From an uncultured Oscillospiraceae bacterium (lineage in GTDB: Bacteria; Bacillota; Clostridia; Christensenellales; CAG-138): DNA of 64,000 bases. Position numbers and translations under genes: made by a program. The DNA lies in the NCBI GenBank assembly GCA_964496795.1, contig CAZCAV010000005.1, forward strand, positions 1,944 to 65,943. The letters are read 5' to 3'. Below the pieces are notes generated by a model that was given only the letters and a program-made list of their open reading frames with translations, was not told where the DNA came from and ran no database searches. Every line of letters starts with the position of its first letter. Within the stretch, counting starts at the first letter, position 1. Positions 46,421 to 55,851 of this stretch are shown in pieces.

Positions 46421-48624
46421 GTCATTTCCGCATCCGGATAGCGGATGCGCTCATGCAAAAGGCCGTTGAAGGTAACAAGGAAGCTCTTTTCAATGCGCGC
46501 CAGCTCGCCGAAGGTCAGCGGACAGTTGGCGAGCTGACCATCCTCTATCTTTCCCTGAATCACCTTGTCCACCATATTGGCAATGTCCTCGCGCGAGGGA
46601 TCCTGCAGGGAGCGTACGGCGGCCTCGCAGCTATCGGCCAGCATAACGACGGCGCTTTCCCTGGTGCTCGGCGTCCCGCCGGGATAGCGGAAGCCGCGTT
46701 CTGAAACCGTCTCCCCTTCTGCCGCCTGTTTTTTTGCCCTATAGTAAAAATAAGCGGCCAAAGTGGTTCCGTGGTGCTCGGATACAATTTTGCGAATTTC
46801 TGAGGGCATGCGATACTTTGAAAGCAGCGCTTCGGCGTCTCGGACATGCGCGATGATAAAACCGGCGCTTTCGTCGGGAGGAAGCGTGTCGTGTATATTG
46901 CGGTCGGACTGATTTTCCTTAAAATACATTGGCCGGCGCAGCTTTCCCACGTCGTGATACATGGCGCCCGTCCGCGCCAGAAGCGCGTTGGCGCCGATCG
47001 CCTCCGCGGCGCCCTCCGCCAGCGAGGCTGTCATCATGCTGTGATGATAAGTGCCCGGCGCCGCCGTCATCATCTTTTTGAGCAGCGGATGATTCGCATT
47101 TGCCAGCTCATGCAGGCGCGCGGGCGTCACGATATCAAACAGGTTTTCCCACATGCTGAGCATACCAACACAGAACACGGATAATATCAGCGCCGTAGCC
47201 AGCGTCAGGCCGGCATAGACGACGATGCTGTTCCAGGAAACGCCGATCATGGCGGAGCCCATGGCGATCACCCATGCGCCGGCAACGCCTCCGGCAGCAC
47301 CGGCGCCAATCAATGCGCCGCGCTTTTGGCTGCGCGAGGCAATCATAATGGTCACCTGTCCTGTCACCAGCATTGAAGACAGCGCCAGAAAGGAATCCGC
47401 CGAAAGCATGGACGAGCCGCTTCCGCCGGCCAGCACGGAAAAGGACAGCGCCGTAACGATATTGACCAGCGTGGCCGCTGAAGGTGAAAGCAGCAGCGTA
47501 CAAAGCAGCACCGCAAAAATCGACGGCATGATGCGTGGATCCAGCAAATAGCAGAGCCATTGGATCGCCAATGAAATGAGCAGCAATAAAAACAATATCA
47601 GCATCCGCTTGCCGGAGGTGAAGATCTCCGGCTCAAACAAACGCAGTCCGGCAAAGAACAGCGCGTACATGCAAAGCAGATATGCCACGACGCCCACGTC
47701 GAACAAACGGTTGGTATTGGCGCCCTTGACCAGATCCAGCGAGGTCAGCACATCCATCTGCTCCTGCGTAACCACGGCGCCCTGCTCCACAATGACGGAG
47801 CCGCGTGCATAATAGACGGTTTCCACTGCGGCTGCCGCCTCTTCGCGCACGCGCGTCGTTGCTACCGTATCCTCAACGTTAGTCGGCAGCAAATAGGCCT
47901 CGAACAGCATCTCCCCGAGGTTCTTAAGCCTTACGGGCAGCGTTGTGATCTGCAATTCCTTATTGATCTCCGCCCGCACCGTTTCCAGCTCGGCGGACGA
48001 AACGCCCGCGCGCAGCTTGATCTGCAGCTTGGACATGACCAGCTCTTCAAGCAAGGACAGATCCTCCACTTCGGCGTCCAGCAGCGCATAGCCCTCCGCC
48101 GTATCCGTCACCGCCACGGGAAGCTTAAGCGTCAGCGCCAGCAGCTCGTTTTCGGAAAGCACCTCCTGCCAGCTTCGCGTATCCTCCAGGGCAATCACAC
48201 TGCCGTCGGCCGCCGTCTCTGCAGGCGCGCTTGCGGCACGGATATCCTGCGCCGTGCTTCTTAGGCTTGCCAGCGCGGTAAAAAAGCTCTGCGCGTTGGA
48301 TATCAGCGTATCCGCAAGAGAGCTGTCTATCGTATAAACCGGCGCGGCATTCTTGCGGGCGGCGTCCTTGAGCGCTTCCGTCTGAGCCGGATTCTCCACC
48401 ATGCGCGGCGCGGTAATCGTCTGTGCGCTCACGCTGCCCACGGCCACCTCGTAACGCTTGGGCGTCAGGGCGGTAATCGTGGTGACGCAATTGAACGCAA
48501 ATACGGCCAGCACGAGTATCAGGCTGATCGGGCGCAGCTTTTTGCTTTTCTTTTTACTGGATCTTTTCTTTATTGCGGCCTCCACGCGTTCCCTCCTTGC
48601 TTCCAGGCTTTTCAAAGCTGTCAT
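46417..48624 (-). CDS. pgpH: 7TM-HD membrane phosphohydrolase (PgpH/YqfF-type, c-di-AMP phosphodiesterase family)
   Basis: 735 aa. Extracellular N-domain, 7 TM segments, C-terminal HD domain (HHSMM...YHDVGK). The start is uncertain because it overlaps the phoH 3' end by 71 nt. Confidence 0.88.
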   Translation of the reverse strand: MTALKSLEARRERVEAAIKKRSSKKKSKKLRPISLILVLAVFAFNCVTTITALTPKRYEVAVGSVSAQTITAPRMVENPAQTEALKDAARKNAAPVYTIDSSLADTLISNAQSFFTALASLRSTAQDIRAASAPAETAADGSVIALEDTRSWQEVLSENELLALTLKLPVAVTDTAEGYALLDAEVEDLSLLEELVMSKLQIKLRAGVSSAELETVRAEINKELQITTLPVRLKNLGEMLFEAYLLPTNVEDTVATTRVREEAAAAVETVYYARGSVIVEQGAVVTQEQMDVLTSLDLVKGANTNRLFDVGVVAYLLCMYALFFAGLRLFEPEIFTSGKRMLILFLLLLISLAIQWLCYLLDPRIMPSIFAVLLCTLLLSPSAATLVNIVTALSFSVLAGGSGSSMLSADSFLALSSMLVTGQVTIMIASRSQKRGALIGAGAAGGVAGAWVIAMGSAMIGVSWNSIVVYAGLTLATALILSVFCVGMLSMWENLFDIVTPARLHELANANHPLLKKMMTAAPGTYHHSMMTASLAEGAAEAIGANALLARTGAMYHDVGKLRRPMYFKENQSDRNIHDTLPPDESAGFIIAHVRDAEALLSKYRMPSEIRKIVSEHHGTTLAAYFYYRAKKQAAEGETVSERGFRYPGGTPSTRESAVVMLADSCEAAVRSLQDPSREDIANMVDKVIQGKIEDGQLANCPLTFGELARIEKSFLVTFNGLLHERIRYPDAEMT

Positions 48625-49567
48625 AGGCGCTGATGATCCTTTGTACCAGTTCGTGTCGCACGACGTCCTTGTGCGTCAGGCGAATGATCGAAATGCCCTC
48701 CACGCCTGCCAGAACATCGATAGCGCGCACCAGACCGCTTGTCCGTTCGCTGGGCAGGTCGATCTGCGTGATATCACCCGTTACCACAACGCGCGAGCCT
48801 TCTCCAAAACGCGTCAGGAACATTTTCATCTGCTCGTTCGAGCAGTTCTGCGCTTCGTCGAGTATGATGTAGGCGTTATTGATCGTTCTTCCGCGCATAT
48901 AGGCCAGAGGCGCCACCTCGATGGCGCCGCGCTCGCTCAGCGCACGGTAGGTCTCAACGCCCAGAAACTCCTGCAGCGCATCGTAGAGGGGCCGTAGATA
49001 GGGATCGACCTTCGTTTGCAGATCGCCCGGCAGGAAGCCAAGCTTCTCGCCCGCCTCCACGGCCGGCCGTGTCAAAACGATCCGCTCCACCTCTTTATTC
49101 TTATAGGCCAGCACCGCCATGGCGACGGCCAGATAGGTCTTTCCCGTGCCGGCAGGGCCCACGCCGAATACCAGATCATATTTGCGCAGCGCCTGCACAT
49201 AGCGCTTCTGGCCAAGGGTTTTGCACTTGATCTGCCGTCCGCGGTTGGTCAGGGCGATCACGTCGCCCATGATCTCGGGTATCAGGTCGGCGTTCCCCTC
49301 CTTGGCAAGATCGATAGCATAGCGCAGGCGTCCACGATTGAGCGCCTCTCCGCGGCGCTGCATATCCAGCATTTTGGAGAGCACCGCCTCGCAGAGCGCC
49401 ACGCTCTCCTGTTCGCCCTCGATGCGAACGCCATCCGGCTGAGCGAATACATGCGTGCCCGTTTCCTCTTCGATAACGCAAAGATTTTCATCGAATACGC
49501 CAAATAATCCGGAAAGCTCGTCCATACACGCAATCGGCAATACCGTCGTCGCCGGATTCGTTTGCAT
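48554..49567 (-). CDS. phoH: PhoH-family ATPase
   Basis: 337 aa. Walker A GPAGTGKTYLAVA and ILDEAQN. Confidence 0.93.
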   Translation of the reverse strand: MQTNPATTVLPIACMDELSGLFGVFDENLCVIEEETGTHVFAQPDGVRIEGEQESVALCEAVLSKMLDMQRRGEALNRGRLRYAIDLAKEGNADLIPEIMGDVIALTNRGRQIKCKTLGQKRYVQALRKYDLVFGVGPAGTGKTYLAVAMAVLAYKNKEVERIVLTRPAVEAGEKLGFLPGDLQTKVDPYLRPLYDALQEFLGVETYRALSERGAIEVAPLAYMRGRTINNAYIILDEAQNCSNEQMKMFLTRFGEGSRVVVTGDITQIDLPSERTSGLVRAIDVLAGVEGISIIRLTHKDVVRHELVQRIISAYDSFEKPGSKEGTRGGRNKEKIQ

Positions 49568-50736
49568 CAGTTCTCAATCTCCTTTGTCATTCCAATACTT
49601 TCCTCGGTCACTATCGCGCATGTGGCGATGACAACGCCGTCAAGCGCCATCCAGCTTCCGGTCTTTTGCACGATTGCCGCATCGGAGGGTATCCGCAAAA
49701 GCGCACCCTTCTCCGCCTCCACCAACGCGATCTCTGCCGCCTCCGCCTCCGTCAGCAGGCAGTCGCGCAGGGTCATTTCCTCATAGCTGCCTTCGCAAAC
49801 GCTCACCGGCAAAAGCGGCAGCCGCAGCAGCCTTTCCGCGCAGTTCGCAATTTCAAAATCTGCAAAGGGCGCGGCGCTTTCAAACAGCGTCAGACCGCAG
49901 ACCGCAATGCGGCGATATTCGGCGAGTGCGCCGGTGGGCCCGCGTTCGGTGGTCAAAAGCGGCTGCGCAAACTCTGAAAAATAGTATACGCTTGCTTTTA
50001 CAAGCCCGCGCGCATGCACCAAAAGCGGTTGGGGTACATCCTGTAATGCCACTGTGCCCGCGATCAGCACATCGCCCGCGCGCACCGCGTCCCCCTTCGA
50101 AAACTGCTCAGCTCCCTCCAGCGCGCGCATGTCCGTTATCACGCCGTCTTTGACCGCCACAACGTCGCATGGCAGCGTCGGGTCCAGCGCCAGAATCTCA
50201 TAATCCGCTTCCACAACGCTGACACGGAGGCATACGCCGTCCAGGTCAAGGCCGATCCAGGCGATCCGTTCGTCATAGGAAGCGATCGCGTCCGCCAACG
50301 CTTCAAAATCGCCGTCCGGCAGGGCCGCGCCCCATTTGACGCCGTTTTCAGCAAGCGCGCGCCGAACGGTGTTCTCCGACACGCGCTCGTTGCCCTCCAC
50401 GCGGATCAGCCACAGTCTTGTGGATGCGGCCAACACCAGAGCAAGGCCCGTAAGGCAGCCGATCCAGAGCATGCGCCGGCGCATGAGCCGCATCAGTACA
50501 AACGAGGCTCCGTCTCGTCCCACGATATGCACATGGCAATGGAGCCTTCCGGCATGCCGCCGTATCCTGCGAAAATCTCTTGCGCGCATGGACAGCCTGA
50601 GCTCGTCCGAAGCTATGCGCGTAATGCGCCAAAGCGCCATGCCATCGCCGCGCAGCGCATTCAGGAGCCGCTCCGCATTTTTTCCCTTGACATGGATTAT
50701 AACACATGCCTTTCCTAAATTCCACATTCCTTGCAA
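49567..50736 (-). CDS. yqfD: Sporulation protein YqfD
   Basis: 389 aa. The N-terminal ...HVKGKNAERLLNAL... segment resembles YqfD. Follows yqfC and precedes phoH, as in Bacillus. Confidence 0.85.
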   Translation of the reverse strand: MQGMWNLGKACVIIHVKGKNAERLLNALRGDGMALWRITRIASDELRLSMRARDFRRIRRHAGRLHCHVHIVGRDGASFVLMRLMRRRMLWIGCLTGLALVLAASTRLWLIRVEGNERVSENTVRRALAENGVKWGAALPDGDFEALADAIASYDERIAWIGLDLDGVCLRVSVVEADYEILALDPTLPCDVVAVKDGVITDMRALEGAEQFSKGDAVRAGDVLIAGTVALQDVPQPLLVHARGLVKASVYYFSEFAQPLLTTERGPTGALAEYRRIAVCGLTLFESAAPFADFEIANCAERLLRLPLLPVSVCEGSYEEMTLRDCLLTEAEAAEIALVEAEKGALLRIPSDAAIVQKTGSWMALDGVVIATCAIVTEESIGMTKEIEN

Positions 50737-51002
50737 TCCCCATACGACCAGCCGTTGATTCTGCCTCTGAGGCTGGCACGCTCCGACGAAAACTCAAACA
50801 GCTCCATTCCGCTTCCCCAAATCGTTACGATACCGTCCTCTGTTAAAAATCGCGCCTCGTCGCCGGTATAGCCAAGCACGCCCCTGTGATTTTCCAGCAG
50901 CAGCTCACTGCGGCCGTACATGGTGAGCTTTGGCAGGCTCAAATCAATTTCCGGCGGCAGCGACAGGGCGGAAACCAGTTTGTTGATCAGCTTTTTCTGC
51001 AT
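50715..51002 (-). CDS. yqfC: Sporulation protein YqfC
   Basis: 95 aa. LPKLTMYGRSELLLENHRGVLGY motif. Confidence 0.85.
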   Translation of the reverse strand: MQKKLINKLVSALSLPPEIDLSLPKLTMYGRSELLLENHRGVLGYTGDEARFLTEDGIVTIWGSGMELFEFSSERASLRGRINGWSYGDCKECGI

Positions 51003-51117
51003 CTCGACACTCCCCGGATAATCTATGTCGGCTCCAACGCAAATTATGAGGCCGGATAAAAAGTGGGCAAGCTGTCCAGATTAGACAGGCAGACAAACAA
51101 TTGGACGGAGGGGTTCT

Positions 51118-51891
51118 ATGGCGATCAACAAAGTGGAAATCTGCGGTGTGGATACGACCAAATTACCCATGCTCTCAGCACAGGATATGCGCAAGCTGCT
51201 GTTGCTTGTGAAATCCGGCGACGAGCGGGCGCGCGAGGAGTTTATTCGCAGTAACCTCAGGCTTGTGCTGTCGATCGTGCAGCGCTTCGGCAACAGAAAC
51301 GAGCAGATGGACGATCTGTTTCAGGTGGGCTACATCGGTCTTATCAAGGCGATCGATAATTTCGACCTAAGGCACGAGGTGCGCTTTTCCACCTATGCGG
51401 TGCCGATGATTGTCGGCGAGATCCGACGTCATCTGAGAGACAATAACTCCATCCGCGTCAGCCGCTCCTTGCGCGATACGGCATATAAAGCGCTTCAGGC
51501 GCGCAACCGCATCGCCGAAAGCAACAACCGCGAGCCAAGCCTGACGGAGATCGCCCATGAGATCGGCCTGCGTGAAAAGGACGTCGTGTTCGCGCTCGAC
51601 GCCATTCAGGAGCCCATTTCCCTGTTTGAACCCATATTCCGCGACGACGGCGACGCCATATTTATCATCGATCAGCTTGGCGACGCGCGAACGGCCGACA
51701 GCGTCTGGCTCGACAGCATTGCGCTCAACGACGGTCTCGCGCACCTGACGGAGCGCGAGACCCGCATTCTGAAGCTTCGTTTCTTTATCGGCAAAACTCA
51801 AATGGAGGTCAGCCGTGAGATCGGCATTTCGCAGGCGCAGGTATCCCGTCTGGAAAAAAGCGCCCTGCGTCAACTGCAGAAATATGTATGA
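51118..51891 (+). CDS. sigG: Forespore RNA polymerase sigma factor SigG
   Basis: 257 aa. NKVEICGVDTTKLP...NLRLVLSIVQRF...FSTYAVPMIVGEIRRHLRDNNSIRVSRSLRD closely parallels B. subtilis SigG. No spoIIAA/AB lies upstream. Confidence 0.92.
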   Translation: MAINKVEICGVDTTKLPMLSAQDMRKLLLLVKSGDERAREEFIRSNLRLVLSIVQRFGNRNEQMDDLFQVGYIGLIKAIDNFDLRHEVRFSTYAVPMIVGEIRRHLRDNNSIRVSRSLRDTAYKALQARNRIAESNNREPSLTEIAHEIGLREKDVVFALDAIQEPISLFEPIFRDDGDAIFIIDQLGDARTADSVWLDSIALNDGLAHLTERETRILKLRFFIGKTQMEVSREIGISQAQVSRLEKSALRQLQKYV

Positions 51892-51894
51892 TCC

Positions 51895-52611
51895 CTATAT
51901 GGACATACGCAGCATTTCGCGCTGCAGGCGCTTGATGATACGCTTCTCGAGCCGACTGATATAGCTTTGGGAGATCCCAAGTATATCGGCCACCTGTTTC
52001 TGCGTAAGTTCACGCTGGTTGTTCAGGCCGAATCTCAGCTCAACGATCTGCTTTTCACGCGGCGTCAGGCGCACGAGCGCCTCACGGAGAAGCTCTCTGT
52101 CCACCTCGTCCTCCATCTCGCGGCTGATGATGTCGTTTTCAGTCCCGAGTATATCGGAAAGCAGCAGTTCATTGCCGTCCCAGTCGACGTTCAGCGGCTC
52201 GTCGAACGACACCTCCAGCTTTAATCGGCTCGTACGTCTCAGGTGCATCAGTATCTCGTTCTCGATGCAGCGCGAGGCGTAGGTAGCCAGCTTGATACGC
52301 TTGCCTGCGTCAAAGGTGTTCACGGCCTTGATCAGGCCGATTGTGCCGATCGATATCAGATCCTCCGTGCCAACGCCCGTATTTTCGAATTTTCGCGCGA
52401 TATAGACCACAAGCCGCAGATTGTGTTCGATCAGCGCGTCCACCGCCTCTTTATCCTTCTGCATCAGTCTTTCTATCCAGTGCGCCTCCTCCTCCGCGCA
52501 AAACGGCGTCGGCAGAGTCTCCCCCGAATGAATATACAGGAGCTCCTTCCTGCCCGTCAGGAGCAGTCTCCGCCACAGCCTCCCAAGCAGCGTCCTGAGT
52601 TTCGTTATCAA
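51895..52611 (-). CDS. sigE: Mother-cell sigma factor SigE (pro-sigma-E)
   Basis: 238 aa. The pro-sequence [16 protein letters not shown]...[12 protein letters not shown] aligns with B. subtilis pro-Sig[17 protein letters not shown]...[23 protein letters not shown] start with AAAGGAGG 8 nt upstream. Confidence 0.93.
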   Translation of the reverse strand: MITKLRTLLGRLWRRLLLTGRKELLYIHSGETLPTPFCAEEEAHWIERLMQKDKEAVDALIEHNLRLVVYIARKFENTGVGTEDLISIGTIGLIKAVNTFDAGKRIKLATYASRCIENEILMHLRRTSRLKLEVSFDEPLNVDWDGNELLLSDILGTENDIISREMEDEVDRELLREALVRLTPREKQIVELRFGLNNQRELTQKQVADILGISQSYISRLEKRIIKRLQREMLRMSI

Positions 52612-53392
52612 TCAGCATCCTCCTTTCCGATTGCCAGATATTCGCTCCAATCACCGCTTCCTCAGCGCCAAGTGCGCCCTCGGATTCGGCAATATACGCA
52701 TCGATCTCCGTCCATTCGTTCAGCTTGACGCAGATGCGCCGCGGCCGAAAGGCGTTCAGCCAACCGTCTTTGCCCATGGCTGCATAAGGCACAGGCCGCC
52801 CGCCGATCGGTCTTGGCAAAAGCCCCGGCCTGAAAACCACGACCGGCAGCCCGCTGACCGGCTCCGTCAGCAGGTTGCCGCTGTCTACAAGCGCCCAAAC
52901 GCAGAGCATTCGATCGCTCAGCTCCACGCGTAAGCGCACATGGCGCACGCGATGACGATAGGCGCCTATCAGCGTCCGTACCAGCCTGGGCAGTGCGGCG
53001 CAGAGCGCCGCCGCAAGCAGCATGACGCGCAGGGGAACCGTGCCCATCAGCGCGCCGCCGCTTATCTGGCAGCCCAGCAGCAGCGTCAGCGAGAGCATCA
53101 GGCCTCCCATTAAAAACGCTGAAAGATACAGCGCCAGCAGACACTTCCAGTAGCTTCGCCGACCGCAGATCAGGACTGCGGCCATCGCGGCTCCAAACAT
53201 GAGCTTGGCGGGCGCCGCGTACAATATAGGAGCGACGGTCAACGATAGAAGCGCATAGCCTGCTCCGGCCGCCGCCACCGGCAGCGCCACATAGCTTCTG
53301 AGCCTTTTCCCGACAATTGCCGCAGCCAGCCTCAGCGTCAGCAGGTTCATCAGCATATTATCCATCAGGAAGAGCTCCACAGATATTGTCAT
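52451..53392 (-). CDS. spoIIGA: Sigma-E processing aspartic protease SpoIIGA
   Basis: 313 aa. Five N-terminal TM segments and the ALVDSGN catalytic motif. The last 53 codons overlap sigE out of frame. Confidence 0.85.
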   Translation of the reverse strand: MTISVELFLMDNMLMNLLTLRLAAAIVGKRLRSYVALPVAAAGAGYALLSLTVAPILYAAPAKLMFGAAMAAVLICGRRSYWKCLLALYLSAFLMGGLMLSLTLLLGCQISGGALMGTVPLRVMLLAAALCAALPRLVRTLIGAYRHRVRHVRLRVELSDRMLCVWALVDSGNLLTEPVSGLPVVVFRPGLLPRPIGGRPVPYAAMGKDGWLNAFRPRRICVKLNEWTEIDAYIAESEGALGAEEAVIGANIWQSERRMLIDNETQDAAWEAVAETAPDGQEGAPVYSFGGDSADAVLRGGGGALDRKTDAEG

Positions 53393-55668
53393 GCGATCTT
53401 TATCACCATCACGGTCATGTCGTCGTCGCGATTCCTTTCGCCGGCAGCAGTCAATATGGATTCGGCAGCATCCTGCGCTCGTGTCTGTCCGGAAAGCGCG
53501 CGCGTAATCGTATCCTTGGTCGCCTCGCCCAGCGCATCGAGCGCTCCGTCGGAAAACAGAATCACCGCGTCGTTTCTTCTCAGCTTGACGGAGGAGATCG
53601 CCGGCACCGCTTCCTCTACAATGCCCGCCGGCAGCGCCTCGGAACAGATCGTGTGCAGCCTTGAGCCGCGATACACGAAGGTTGGCGGCGCACCGTATTT
53701 GATAAACTCCGCGCCGCCGCTTCTTAAGTCCAGAAATACGGCGTCCAGCGTCGCGTACATGTCCGCGCTTCGCTCGAGCAGCAGCTTGTTCACGCTTTCT
53801 AGCGCGATATCGCGCGAAAAACCCGCGCCATAGAGATCGAACAAAAAGCGCAGCGCGACCTCGCTCTCATTTTTCGCCGTCTCGCCAGCGCCCATACCGT
53901 CGCTAAGGGCATACAGCACGCGGCCGCATTCGAGCCGTCTTTCTCCCGTGCTGTCGCCGCTGACGCCGCTGCGGCTGATCGGCAGCGTCGCCGTCCCCAT
54001 GCTGGCCTCAAAGGCCGCCGCTTCTTCCAAAATGAAAGTACATTGACGGCCGTCAAGGACCGTATTCAATATGCGCACGCGCCTTCTAATGATACGGCCG
54101 ATCGCTTCGCACAGCGCCTCCGCCTGCTCTATGGCTGCAGCCGGCAGACGGATATGCAGCATAAGCTTGCCGTGCGGAAAGGAGGCGTCCACGCCAAGCA
54201 CGCGATACCCGTGCCGGTCGAGTCCGCGTGAAAGAAGCTGTTCCAGCTCCTCGTCCAACCATCGATCCTCCTCCACACGTCTGCACAGCTCCTCAAGCAC
54301 CTCGCTTACGCCGGTCAATTGCCGATTGACAAAGGCGTACTGCTGATTGCTTTGCCTCTTCATAGCCCGCTGAACAAGATACTGGTTCTGAGCCTGCCAG
54401 GCTGCCGCGGCAAGCTGCTGCATATGTTTGCAGGAGGGATCGAAGGGCCGGCGGATACGCAGACGCTCGCCGCGCTCATGCGCGCCCAGAAGCGCTACAA
54501 TGGATTTTCCGGCGCTCTGCTTGTCTCTCCAGCACAGTTTTCTAAGCGAGCAATCCGTGCATACGCCGCTGGCCGCCTGCGCCGTCCATTGCATCAGCGC
54601 GTCGCTCGGCTCCCTTTCCAGCTCTTCAGCGCGAAACAGGTTGGCCATCTCCCGGCAGAGACGCGCCGTATTTTGTACTTCGGCGGCCATATTCAATCTC
54701 AGTCGCCGCATGGCTTTCTGAGCAAATCGCTCGCGGTTCTTTTCATCATCCAAATACGCGCAAAGCTGCAGCATCCCCGAGCGTGGAACGACCAGAAATA
54801 CCGCGCCCGCTAACGCCAGATTCAAAAGATTGATCGTATGCGACGCTGTAAACACATAGGTACCGACCACCAGGCTCCCGCCGATAAAGCCGCCAAGCAC
54901 GCCCAGCGTGTCAAAGCGACGCAGCATGGCTCCCGCCAGCGAGCAGGCCGCAATGCCTCCTACAAACGCCAGTGTGAAATTGCCGCCGGCAGTCAGCACG
55001 GCCGCAAGAGCGACCGACATGGCGACGCCGCCAACGCCGCGGGCAAGAGCCGTAACCATGGCGTACAGCAGCAGGAGCACCACCGGCAGGGAGAAGCCGA
55101 AGGCCTGGACGTCCGAAACGCTCAGGAGAATCACGCCAAAGAACGCGCTGATGCTGATCTGCTCTCCATCGCTGAGCACATGTCGCTTTGCGAGCGTGCC
55201 AAGCGTTTTCAGCGCATTGTGCATGATCAAGGCGGAGATCACCGCAGCGCACAGGGCGATGAGCCCGCGCAAAAGCTGTTGCAGGCCGTTTGAAAAAAAC
55301 ACGGGCAGCAGTGAAACCTCTGCGATAAACAGCAGCAGCAGCCGGTCGAAGCGTTCCATGCGCGCTCGCCAGCGCGACCACAGAAGATGCAGCAGATAAT
55401 ACAGCATGCACACCGCCGCCGCCGGAAAATTCAGCGGTCTTTGCAGCAGCAGGCATCCAAGAAGCGTCCCGAGCAGCGCGCAATGTATGTTCAAGCCCGA
55501 CATGGAAACAGCCGCCAGATAGGCCGCCGCAAAGGGCGCCACCGTGTCGAGCAGACAGACGCGTCCGCACAGGGCGCCGCCAAGCAGGCTCAACAGACCT
55601 GTCCAGACGGCTCTCCTGCCGATCCGGCCGCAGACGCCCCTTCTCCTTTGCTGCGCTTCGCCCTCCAT
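53389..55668 (-). CDS. spoIIE: Stage II sporulation protein E (SpoIIE, PP2C phosphatase with polytopic N-domain)
   Basis: Start placed at MEGEAQQRRRG (ATG 55668; GGAGGG 6 nt upstream). About ten TM segments. C-terminal PP2C domain (GVSGDS..., SDGMG..., DDMTVMVIKI). The stop overlaps the spoIIGA ATG (ATGA). Confidence 0.88.
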   Translation of the reverse strand: MEGEAQQRRRGVCGRIGRRAVWTGLLSLLGGALCGRVCLLDTVAPFAAAYLAAVSMSGLNIHCALLGTLLGCLLLQRPLNFPAAAVCMLYYLLHLLWSRWRARMERFDRLLLLFIAEVSLLPVFFSNGLQQLLRGLIALCAAVISALIMHNALKTLGTLAKRHVLSDGEQISISAFFGVILLSVSDVQAFGFSLPVVLLLLYAMVTALARGVGGVAMSVALAAVLTAGGNFTLAFVGGIAACSLAGAMLRRFDTLGVLGGFIGGSLVVGTYVFTASHTINLLNLALAGAVFLVVPRSGMLQLCAYLDDEKNRERFAQKAMRRLRLNMAAEVQNTARLCREMANLFRAEELEREPSDALMQWTAQAASGVCTDCSLRKLCWRDKQSAGKSIVALLGAHERGERLRIRRPFDPSCKHMQQLAAAAWQAQNQYLVQRAMKRQSNQQYAFVNRQLTGVSEVLEELCRRVEEDRWLDEELEQLLSRGLDRHGYRVLGVDASFPHGKLMLHIRLPAAAIEQAEALCEAIGRIIRRRVRILNTVLDGRQCTFILEEAAAFEASMGTATLPISRSGVSGDSTGERRLECGRVLYALSDGMGAGETAKNESEVALRFLFDLYGAGFSRDIALESVNKLLLERSADMYATLDAVFLDLRSGGAEFIKYGAPPTFVYRGSRLHTICSEALPAGIVEEAVPAISSVKLRRNDAVILFSDGALDALGEATKDTITRALSGQTRAQDAAESILTAAGERNRDDDMTVMVIKIA

Positions 55669-55851
55669 CCTTTGCCCTCCGGATACACAGTATACCGGCG
55701 TTACAGCGCGAAATTCTGCGCACAGCGTGACGGTATATATGCTTTCGTCCGCTCCTCTTTGACAATTTGCGGTCGAAGTCGACCGCATTCCTGTATAATT
55801 TCCTTCTGAACGGAATATCTTTTGGCGCAATCCGCCTGTCTCTTACACAGC

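Noticed and set aside
51118-51891. Considered calling this sigma factor SigF instead of SigG.
   Set aside because: No spoIIAA/spoIIAB lie upstream. The N-terminal NKVEICGVDTTKLP and the region 2 sequence follow SigG closely, and it sits next to sigE as sigG normally does.
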